In this document: in pieces, positions 53,373 to 64,000 of the stretch | Numbering within the stretch: position 1 is the first letter of the stretch | Layout: the number at the start of each line of letters is the position of its first letter | DNA from: Geosiphon pyriformis uo1 | Taxonomy: Eukaryota > Fungi > Glomeromycota | Reading direction: 5' to 3' | DNA length: 64,000 nt | Assembly (NCBI GenBank): GCA_016748015.1 | Contig: JAAOMT010000675.1 | Location: forward strand, 496,001-560,000 | Position numbers and translations under genes: made by a program | Notes under the pieces: generated by a model | The model's database searches: none | What the model was told of the DNA's origin: nothing | What the model saw: the letters and a program-made list of their open reading frames with translations, nothing else

Positions 53373-53891
53373 TTAAGATCAATGGATTTGATAGTTTAAG
53401 TTATTAATTATATTAATTATATTATTGAATGAGAGGTATTTTAATCAAAGAAGCAACGATCTATCATTTTTATTATAAATGATATCCCTTCTCTCTTAAT
53501 ATTAATCTCTGGTTAAAATCCTAACGATGTTAAATATTACGACAAAATTTTTTTGGAAATAAGGTTGTCAATCGATTATGTGGCTAATACTCTGGCCCGG
53601 TTAAATAGAGTTTGTCCCCGCCGACCAATGAACTACCTTAGCTAAAATGTTATGAGACATCAAAACACTGAGGTTTAAAGTTTCGACGAGGCTATCGCTT
53701 TTCTTTTGCAGACCGCTATATCATATATCTTGTTAATCTTATAACTCAATAGATCACAAGACAAATAGTAGCTGACGAAAGTGCCACATTTATCCCTTCT
53801 ATTGATTCAAGAAATCTATTTCTATCTTCAAAACTGTACCTTTGTTTCTACCTCACAACCCACACTGATTTTGTTTTTTTGGGAGTTGCAT

Positions 53892-54275
53892 ATGCTGGAT
53901 AACATTATCCCATCTGAGGTGCTTAACACGCTATTGAGTTACTTCAACCAGTACTTTTCCGCTCTAAACACCACTCAAATATCGCTTACCCTTCGGGAAA
54001 ACCTGAACTTTGTCGCAACGAAGTCCGACGTTATTGTGCTCTTAATTATTTTCTTCTTAGCCTATATCCTATGGTCTATTAGTAGAGCTTTGTTCAGTTG
54101 GGTTTGGGGGATGTTCAAATTTGCCTTCTGGGTGACTCTTTTAATTGGTCTATACTGGTTATGGGTCAGTATCGATGTGGAACGTGGAAACGAGGAACTG
54201 AGACTCACTACTAAAAAGGTGGTGAGTGGGGTGAAAGGGGTCGTGCGCGAGGCTGTGATCCATAATGAGCTTTGA
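53892..54275 (+). CDS. Small intronless membrane protein (2 predicted TM segments), Apq12-like; ends HNEL
   Basis: 127-aa ORF with two hydrophobic stretches separated by an amphipathic segment; family assignment by topology only. Confidence 0.6.
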   Translation: MLDNIIPSEVLNTLLSYFNQYFSALNTTQISLTLRENLNFVATKSDVIVLLIIFFLAYILWSISRALFSWVWGMFKFAFWVTLLIGLYWLWVSIDVERGNEELRLTTKKVVSGVKGVVREAVIHNEL

Positions 54276-54658
54276 GTCGGGATCTTGAACTTTGCAAACG
54301 AGCATATAATTATAGACAGGTTTGTCCTGACATTAAACTTGGACTGGCAAAGTGATCATATTTGTCTTGGCCATTCAGACTAGATTATTAGACGACACCC
54401 TTGTAAATTATTCCACGATCGATGTTTGTCGCAAAATCCGGTCCAACCGCCATTTTTAGTTAACATATCAAAACAATAACTCTGAGAAAAGAAATTTCAT
54501 TAAAAATAAATAATACAAAATGTCTTCATTATCATATATTTACATTTTGTTGAATAGTTTGTACAAACTCAAAAGAAAACGAACGAGATTTCCGAACATA
54601 TTTAGAACAGTCTCCAATAGAATTTAATCACGTATAACAAATTGTTTAATTGTCTCAA

Positions 54659-57600
54659 CTAGACATCAGCTGGATTTTCTTCTTTATTAATATCTTGAAT
54701 TTTAAGAATTATTTCTTTGGCGGCTTGAGGAATTTTTGTACCAGGTCCAAAAATAGCACTCACTCCAGCGTCTTTGAGGAACTGATAATCTTGGTGTGGA
54801 ATAACACCACCGACGACTATAACTTTATCTTTAGAACCCAAGCGATGAAGTTCACTGATAAGGGCTGGGACGAGCGTTTTATGCGCTGCGGCTTGGGACG
54901 AAACACCAATAACATGAACGTCATTGTCAATTGCTTGGCGTGCGACCTCCTCAGGGGTACTGAAGAGGGGAGATAAATCAACGTCAAATCCAAAGTCACT
55001 AAATGCTGAGGCGATAACTTTCGCCCCACGATCATGTCCATCCTGACCGCATTTGGCCACCAAAATTCTGGGACTAACCCCGAGTTTTGTTCGAGTTTCC
55101 TATTATTCAGTAATGTAACAGTCAGATGCCTTTGCTATTGCTGAATATAGAATTTTCTACTTCTACCTCAACGAGTTTTAGCGTCTCGTTCACTTCACCC
55201 TCAGTTCCATACGCCGACTTATATGCTCCGCTGGCCACCCTGCTTGATGGCTCGTGACGCCCCCAAATCTTCTCGAGGGCATAGGAGATCTCGCCAACAG
55301 TGCAGCGCGTTTCAGCAGCCTATTTTACCAGGACCAAAAGTTAAATTTTATTTTGAATTGCACATTCATGGGAATGAACTGACCTTGATCGATAATTCTA
55401 GCAAGTTTTCCTTTCCCGTTTTGGCTGATTCTGTTAATTTATTCAGAATCGCTTCAACCTAAAACAAGGGAATTTAATTATCTTTTCGGCTTCCATTTAT
55501 TTTTAAATTCTACTTACCAACCTTTTGTGTATCTCTGTTTGCTTTCGTTTTATTTACTCGAGCGATTTGTTCTTCTCGTACCTTTGCGTTATCAATAGTT
55601 AGTACTTCAACTGCGGCTTCTTTCTCAAGACGGTATTTATTCACGCCCACAATTGTTTCTGGGATAATGTAAAAATATATGAACTATTCTTTCATTAATG
55701 TTTCAAGAAGCAGAGGCTTTATTTGAAGCAAATGACAAACCTTGACCAGAATCAATTCTAGCCTGTCTTCGCGCTGCACTCTCTTCTATTCTTAATTTGG
55801 GCATCCCACTAGCCACTGCTTTAGCCATTCCACCCATTTCTTCGACTTCTTCAATGATGGTATATGCCTTATCATATAGTTCATTCGTCAAGTTTTCCAT
55901 CATATAACTTCCCCCCCAAGGGTCAGCCACCTTTGGAATGAAGGCTTCTTCTTGTAATATGAGTTGTGTATTACGGGCTATTCTTGCAGATGTTTCAGTC
56001 GGTAGTCCAATAGCTTCATCAAACGAATTAGTGTGGAGCGATTGCGTACCCCCGAGCGTAGCAGCCAGAGCTTCTATAGTAGTCCTGACGATGTTATTGT
56101 ATGGATCCTATTTAATCATAAAATATCATTTAAAATTTTCAGCTGAATATAATCAGGAAAAATATATAGTAACAAAGTATACCTGTTCAGTTAATGACCA
56201 ACCAGAGGTTTGGCAGTGGGTACGCAGCATGGTTGATTTTGGATTTTTGGGTTGGAATTTTTCCTGAATCATATGAGCCCAAAGACGACGGCCGGCGCGT
56301 AACTTGGCTATTTCCTAAGATAGAGAACAAGTAAATGGATGATAATTTTAAAAAAAAAAACATAACTGAATTTTACCATATAAAAATTCATTCCGATACC
56401 CCAAAAGAAAGACAATCGAGGTACAAAGGCATCTACTGTCATTCCCGCTTTTAGACCTATATATCCATACCAAAATTCGGATTATCAATAGTTTTAAATA
56501 ATTTAGTTAGAATAAATGAAAATTTTGAATGTAGACTTCACCTGTCCTTACGTATTCGATTCCATCAGCAATAGTAAAAGCTAATTCAAGCACATTATCG
56601 GCGCCTGCTTCTTGCATATGATATCCCGAGATCGATATCGAATTGTATTTGGGCATATGCTAAAAAAATGGTCTAATCAATAAAATATTAAGACATAAAA
56701 CAAGTGAAGAAAACTTACCCATGAGATATATGAGAAAATATCCCCAACTATCCTCATTGACGGTTCAGGAGGATAGATGAACGTGTTGCGGACCATAAAT
56801 TCTTTTAAAATATCATTTTGGATGGTTCCAGAGAGTTCTTCCAGTTTAGCACCTTGTTCTAGTCCTGCGACTATATACATGGCTAATATTGGTAATACTG
56901 CGCCATTCATAGTCATTGAAACTGATATCTTGTTGAGTGGAATTCCGTTAAAAAGAATCTGAAATTCATTATACATTAGCAAGTCACAGAGATTTTAATG
57001 AGAAGATGAAAGAAACTATCAACCTTCATATCTTCGACAGAATCAATAGCTACGCCAGCCATGCCCACATCACCAAAGACTCGCGGGTGATCAGAATCGT
57101 AGCCACGATGAGTCGCCAAATCGAAGGCGACGGACAAGCCTTGTTGACCTGCTGCTAGATTTTTCCTATAAAAACTATTGGACTCTTCAACGGTACTGAA
57201 GCCAGCATACTATGAAATAGGGAAGTGGAAAAAATTTGGTAGCAATTCATAACAGCCAATTTAATTCAGACTTAAGGTATATATTATAAGATCAGTTCTA
57301 TATATTTGATCAACCAATCGGATTTTTAATTTCTCGAAATTACCTGACGAATTGTCCATGGTCGGGCCGTATACATAGATGCATAAGGACCTCTTGTATA
57401 TGGGAACTTACCGGGAATCTCGTCAGCTACGTTTTCGGTGTCAGCTTTTGTATAAACTGGTTTTATATCAATTCCCTAAAAGAATGAAATTATCAAACAG
57501 TTTTTTTGGTTATTCAGCCCGAATAAATTAATTTACCTCAGCAGTATTCCAAGTTAGAACTTTTTCCGGATCCTTCCCTTTTAATTCTTTTTTCACCAGA

Positions 57601-57803
57601 GTCACCCATTCTTGATGAAGAGGAACTTTGGGAGACTTCGCCGTAAGGAACGCCTTCAATTTAGAAAAGTGTTTATATGTATTTTAAAAACTTTTTCATA
57701 ATCACCAAGGAAATTCATAACTTATTGGCCTAGATACCCTTATTTGTGAGTCTTTACTTGGTGAATTTCGCGCCAAATTCTTCAGTAATACTAGGCGCTT
57801 CAT
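54659..57803 (-). CDS. MMUT: Methylmalonyl-CoA mutase (adenosylcobalamin-dependent), mitochondrial, multi-exon
   Basis: [81 protein letters not shown]12 motif GQDGHDRG and VVGGVIP; basic N-terminal presequence [13 protein letters not shown]. Confidence 0.97.
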
Positions 57804-58584
57804 CGCCTGGGTGAACAAAAACAAGGATGCCTAAACGAAATTGTATCGGAAGGCCTTCAAAAAATTTCCATTTAGAAATATGAGAAAATTCCAGCGACAA
57901 ATTTAGTTTACTAAATTAACAATTTTCGCGTAGTTTTAAACTAGTCACCTGATATTGATCCCAATTAAAGCTCGACAATTTGAATTTTAAAAAAGGCTTA
58001 TTTCAATCTGGACGCTTCAAAAAGGCTTGACTTGAAAAATTCAAGGCAAGTCCAAAACTTTACAAGATATGATCCTTCAGGAATTGGATTCCCAATTTTG
58101 AATCGAATATAGTTATCAAATGTATCATCATAAGAAATTGCCGTTTACAGAATTTCTACATGTCGTCGCCCAATCGTTAACAGTTAAGGATTGGATGGCG
58201 TGAGTATGGGAAAAGCATCACGAAAAGAGATCAATCAAAGTTTCTTCACCTCCGCGGATCATCTTTTGCACCTGATACATACCTAAATGCATACCTGATG
58301 CCATAAAGGTTCAAACATAATTATGCCAGCTCTATAGTTCATTATGTTTAGTCTTTTATCCAATATCTCGTCTGTCAGCCTTGTTCGTTTACGTTTGTCT
58401 TCGTGAATTGTTTTTCGTTTTATATCTACTTTACTATTTATTTTCATCTTTTTTCTACACTTCTCATTTCTTTGCCTTTCTTTTTCCCTCTCTCCACTCC
58501 TCCTTAAATTAGGCTTTCTTTTTTTTGCTTGGTTGAAAAAAGAAAGGTGTTGGAATTATACCATTTCTTTTGCAGACCCATTTG

Positions 58585-60151
58585 ATGCTTACAATTATGT
58601 TCTTTCGTGCTATTTTACTGGTTTACTGCCTATTCATGGCCAATTGGTGTCATTTAGGCAACATGGTGGCCGATGCTTCACTTGTAGTCGTGGTAAGATC
58701 CTAGATCTCATAAGAATTAGAATACACTTTCCCCACGGTTGAGTACACCGTTGTGCAAATTTAATTACGATACCATTCACTTGTTACAATTTAATAAAAC
58801 AATTGATTGCAAATTCTCCATAAAAATAAAAAATCATAAATGTTGTTACCTTTTTGGATTGCAAGCTTTTCACAAATTCTTACCTTCATGGCCTTGATTA
58901 TAGGTTGTTTAATTTGAACGACTCATTTCTGATAACTTCTGGAAACCTCCCTCTTCATTATCCCAATTTGATTTCTTAGTTTAGTTTCACCCGAGTACTT
59001 TAGAATTTCAATTCTCTTGGAAACAGGATTATAATGTAGAAAGAAGCGATAGAAATCCAATAAAAAAAAATTCATTTCTTTCCTCATCTTTCTATTTGTT
59101 CAATTTTCATTTTAATTGGATTCTCTTACAGGCAACAAATGTATCGTATCTAGACCGCATAGCCGCATTTGGTCCACGTCTGACAGAAGATGGGCTTTCT
59201 GGGCATCTAATTCCTTTGGATTTTCTCGAGTCCGATAACATAGATGGATGTAGAGAGCTTAAAAATCCTTTAAGGGATTCAGACAAAATAGTACTTGTCG
59301 AACGAGGGCAGTGCTCTTTCATTGAAAAAGTGAGAAATATGCAAAATTCTGGGGCATTAGCGGTGGTTGTTGGTGACCCAGAGAGAAATGGATTAATTAC
59401 CATGTATGCTACTGGTGAGTTTTTATAAATTCCGGGTGGAATGAAATTTTACATGTAATTAAGATTAATAAGGATCTTTTGATATAAGGAATTACATCCG
59501 ATGTTGAAATTGCCTCAGTATTCATTGGTCAAAAAGATTATCATGAGCTTCGTTCACTTATACATATGCTTGGGAGTCCAGTGCTCATAAGGCTTATAAA
59601 AGATGATCTTTTACAGTGGTAATGCCGTACCTGATTGAGTTTTGAAAATAGTTTCATCATTTTATTCTGAACATTATTACTTTTTGATAATTAGGCCTTT
59701 GCTTGATGTAATAATCGTGGTTATTCTGTCTCCGACTGTAGTGATGATCTTTATTTATGTCTTGTGGCGCATTAGACAACGTCAATTGATTAAGCAGGAC
59801 ATAGCTCCTCAACAGGTTGTTTACAATCTCCCAACTAAAATATTTTATTCAGCAAAAAGTCAAGAAAATGATCCACAGGAATGTGCCATCTGTTTGGAGG
59901 ATTACGTGGATGAAGATAAACTTAGAATAATGCCTTGTAAACACGAGTTTCATATTGCGTGTATCGATAGCTGGCTAACGGAAAGGAAGAGATTTGTAAG
60001 TCCTCTGAACTTTGGTGGTTTGTTTTTGATCTTTACCTAATTGGCGTGACTTAATTCTTGTCCATTTTCCCTCAAGTGCCCTATTTGCAAACGTGATATT
60101 TGCTTACCCACCGAAGAAACTCCTTTATTGTCAGATCGTGAATCTCCATGA
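58585..60151 (+). CDS. PA-TM-RING E3 ubiquitin ligase (RNF13/RNF167-like); exons 58585-58692, 59132-59414, 59489-59618, 59695-59995, 60077-60151
   Basis: Signal peptide, PA domain (AAFGP; VLVERGQCSFIEKVRNMQNSGALAVVVGD), TM segment, RING-H2 CAICLEDY...PCKHEFHIACIDSWL...CPICK, and C-terminal dileucine signal EETPLL. Confidence 0.92.
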
Positions 60152-61599
60152 TGATTCATCCTGCTAAAAAAAATTCCCATCCCAACCCTACCTTTTATGT
60201 CATTTCAGTTTTCTTAACAAGTTGTATTTACAATTATTATTGTTGGCTTTACCATAAATTGTCTTTATAAGATGTAATAAAGAACACAGACATTTTTGGA
60301 TTTCTTTACTGTGAAAATCATGGGATTAACTGCTAAATCTAGAATTCTGGTTCAGAATATGTTATTTGCAGAGGAAACTCGTTGATGCAGTCTTAAAACG
60401 TCTGATTTTTCTATAATAATTACGCTGCATCTTAAACGGGAAAAATTCTTTGTTGAAATTTTCGATTTAGAACTTGGCCTATTAAAGTTAAATAGTGGAA
60501 CTAAAAGAATTACAGGAGTCACAATTGTTAAATCCACATTGTTCTAACAAGAAAATAATTTCTCATCACTCGAAGAAATTAAAGATTATGATGAAAGAAG
60601 AGTTTTTTATTATTTAGAAAAACAATCATTTGAAAACATAGTTTCATATAAAGAAATAAAAAAAATGTGAAATGGATCAAAGTGAAAGTGTAACGCTGTG
60701 AGTATTGTTTTGGTTTTTTTAATTTCAAGATATCGAGTTCAAACATTTTAATATCTCATTCTAATATGAATCGCAACATAAAGTTGGCTCAACATGAACC
60801 GATGCTTGTTGAGTAGCATAATCAGTTTTGAGCGTCATCGATGCAAATGATGATTTCAAGTTACATAGTAACTGATCCTTTACCATCAGCCATGAAAATA
60901 CATGACAAAGATGTACACTTTCTTTTACTGTGCATCTGAATACTGATTAGGAAGCTGTAGGCCGATTAGCCTTGGTCTCTGCAATTTTGTTGAAGCCGAG
61001 CACCATCAAGATCGACCAAGTTGGCACTGGAGAAGTTATTTTCCCTCGTTACAGGATATTGAATTGGTCTAAACATAAAGCTGTGATGCGTAAGTGAAGT
61101 TATTGCAGGCTCCTCCTGCATATGCCCATCCTTTTAGTGTTGATGGTAGCACAGAACTCTTATTTTTTTGTTTAAACAACCAGCGCCTGATGGATACAAT
61201 CCGCAAATATAGGTGATATCAGCTAAACGGCACTTCGAGTACTTCGAAATAAATCTGTTTTGAGTAAGTTAAATTTATTATAGATTAGCCATCTTAAGAA
61301 CATGCAGCCAAATCTTGATGTTTAACTAAAGTTTGTATTTATTCACATGTTGAACATTTTAAATTTTGCTACCTACTTACAGAAGACAGGGAAGCACATT
61401 AGAGAGGGAGATCATGTAGGCCATCGAGAGAGATTAAAATAATAAATTTTGTCTTTACTGTAAAAAATTAGTAATGGATTTCTGAGTTTTTTATATTTTA
61501 TCGCTTAATGTTCTATGAACATACGCGAGTAAAGTGAATCATGCAATACTTGCAGGACAAAACCTGTAACAGATTTTCCATCTGCTTTTTTTGTTGTCG

Positions 61600-63727
61600 A
61601 TTGGTAAAGTTTCAATTGACAATATTATATAAAGTAAATGTTTTTGTGCATTTGAGTCAAAAATCATTTTTAAATGTTGGATTTAAATGCATGTTGTATA
61701 AAATAGCTGTTTCTGATTATTTAAAAACTTTTGAATTTTGATAATTTAAAATATTTTGTTTTTTTGGGTTGTTTTAAATAAAATTTTCTTTAATTAAATT
61801 TTCAAAATATATTCTAGCTTTTTTTAAATACTATAAATATTATTAAAATTAATGGGTTTAAGGTTTTATTTATAAAAAATATGTACACATAAATTTTTTT
61901 TAATAACACTTTTTGTTCAATATATTATATTGTTATAATTTTATAATTTTAAATTATAACATAATAAATAAATTTTATCAAACTTTGTTAAAATTTTAAT
62001 CATTTTAAAATATAATATTTGTTTATTATTAATATATGTTTATATAATATAAAATTTTTTTGTTGCTTAAAGTATAGCCCAACTACATATTAATTTTATA
62101 CAACATCAAAATTAAAATAATACATTAAACTTAAATTGTATATAAATTGATTAAAACTACTTTAAACAACTATTGCAAATTTTTTATAAAACACAATTTT
62201 TAAAATAATTTACTATTATATTAATAAAATATATAATATATATTTTAAATTTATATCTCTTATTATTAATTTAATATTATAATATCTATTATTTTTATTA
62301 AAAATAAAATCTTGTATATTATATTTTAAGTATTTAAATAAAATATTTTTATTAAAAATAAAATCTTGTGTATTATATATTAAGTATTTAAATAAAATAT
62401 TTTTATTAAATATTCAAGTTTTTGATTTTTGATTCATTATTTTTATTTTTTAACATATTAAATAAAATAATTTCAAAGTAATTTTTTTTTGTATTTTTAT
62501 AATCATAATTATAGCAAAAAATAAAATAAAAAAATTTTGGTTTTTTGGTTTTTAATATAATATTATTTAAAAAGATTTTTTAATAATAAATACACCTAAA
62601 CAATGTTTTATTAAAGTATTTTTTTAAGTAATAAAAAAACAAAACAGTTTTTGGTTATTAAAAATACACTTTTTTTATTTATAAATATATTTTTTTTTGT
62701 TATTTAAAACATTTTTATTGTATTAGAATTTGTTTTTTTAAAAACATAAAATTTTGGTTTTTTGGTTTTTTTTGGTTTTTTACTAATTTTACATTATTAA
62801 TATTAATTATGATATTTATTTTTTTGGTTATAAATAACAATTCAGATTTTATTTTAGATAATAATAATAATAATAATAATAATTTATTTGTTAAACCTAA
62901 TATAAATTAATAATTGATTGTATTATTTAATTTAATAATTTTTAATTAATTATTGCCAGTTTTAAAAACAAAAAAAATTATAGTTTAATATGTAACATTA
63001 TTTAATTATATTATTATCTTATTTAATTTAAATTTAAAATTAATAAAATAAAAACTTAAATACTTTTTTTTGGTTTTTTAAAATACTACTAATTTTAATA
63101 ATATTTAAAACAATTAATAATTATAAAAAAATTTTTGAATAAACAATTTATGTTAAGATTGTGTTTTAAGTTTTTTTAAATATTATTACTAAAATTAAGT
63201 TTTTTAATTTTCTGTTTTTAAGACTAATATTTTATAAAAAAATTATATTTATTAAAAAACTTTTAAATATTAACATTATTATAAGTATTAAAATTTTAAT
63301 TATTTAATTTTAATTATAAAATTGTTTTTTTTGATTTATTAAGTTTTTTTTTAAATTATTTAATTTATTTAAAATTTCATATATTTTATGTTATAACTGT
63401 TATATTTTTGTTGTTTTTTATTTTTTTATTTTTTATTTTTTAATATTACTATAAATACAAAAATTATTTTTTTAAATTTTTAAACTATTTTAATTAATTA
63501 AATTGTTATTCAACTTATTAATACTTTGATAATTTTTAATTTTTTTTTATTAATTAAAAAAAAATATAATTTTATAATTAATACTTAAATAATTTTTTTA
63601 AAAAACAAATTAATAATATTGCTAATTTAATTATTAATATGTATAAAAAAAATTCAAAATACATAAATTAAATTTTTTACTCTTATTATTAAATCTATTT
63701 ACTAATTTATATTTAAAACCAAATATA
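61600..63727. other. Extremely AT-rich desert with a 54-bp tandem duplication (about 62290-62410) and (AAT)n near 62858-62883
   Basis: Almost devoid of G/C and lacking ORFs; the duplicated unit is tatttttattaaaaataaaatcttgtrtattatatwttaagtatttaaataaaa. Confidence 0.6.
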
Positions 63728-64000
63728 TTTTTTTTTATTTAATTTAACAAGTGAGGTCCAAATGCAACCTAGTGCCATATATTATACAAACAATCTAAAC
63801 TAGGAGCAAATCATGTGCTTTCTATACATGACCAGCCACTCGGGCCAGTCAGGACTACACTATACATCTATACGCACAGAAACCAAATCCCCAATACTTG
63901 AAAAGAATGGACAAAACTTACGAAACCCAAAACCAACCCCAAAAGCCTCAGCCACACCTAGCAATCTAACTACACCAGCTGAAAAAACCATAGACAAACC
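63728..64000 (-). mobile_element. 3' end of a second LINE of the same superfamily, running out of the window
   Basis: The minus strand encodes GLSMVFSAGVVRLLGVAEAFGVGFGFRKFCPFFSSIGDLVSVRIDV* (stop 63860-63862), homologous to VVRLFSIVESFAISFGYCKLCHFFSGL...SV* ending at 41986; poly(A) appears as a T-run at 63728-63736. Confidence 0.85.

Noticed and set aside
54650-56267. Plus-strand ORFs overlapping MMUT (and similar antisense ORFs over GH20, COX9 and the RING gene)
   Set aside because: Antisense shadows of real coding exons.
58693-59131. 439-nt first intron of the RING gene as an ncRNA host
   Set aside because: No box motifs or strong hairpin recognised by eye.
44156-60151. U12-type (minor spliceosome) introns
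   Set aside because: No RTATCCTT donor was seen among the introns I traced.

Overview
AT-rich, intron-containing eukaryotic DNA from a non-Dikarya fungus. A Glomeromycotina-like origin is inferred from the B12-dependent methylmalonyl-CoA mutase, the short GT-AG introns and the repeat types. Layout: (i) 1-4 kb holds a GH20 beta-hexosaminidase (5' end outside the window) and Ras1, converging. (ii) 5.56-42.1 kb is a nest of decayed retroelements: one RNase-H-bearing LINE carrying seven Ty3/Gypsy insertions (A-G: two with both LTRs, three truncated, two solo LTRs), with 4-bp TSDs where they survive and an elongator-tRNA-Met-like PBS; the three long copies (A, B, D) also show a dUTPase, a Cys-rich module and an extra 3' ORF. 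(iii) 44.1-60.2 kb is a compact gene island: conserved hypothetical protein, DENN-type protein, gamma-SNAP, COX9, mitochondrial carrier, holocytochrome c synthase, Apq12-like membrane protein, methylmalonyl-CoA mutase and a PA-TM-RING ligase. (iv) An extremely AT-rich desert and the 3' end of a second LINE close the window. The most notable signals are transition-only (RIP-like) hypermutation of the repeats and several unusual conserved features of this Gypsy lineage: a U5 anti-PBS hairpin, a probable GUG start of gag, an env-position ORF3, and U3 module swapping. All alignments and gene models were made by eye.
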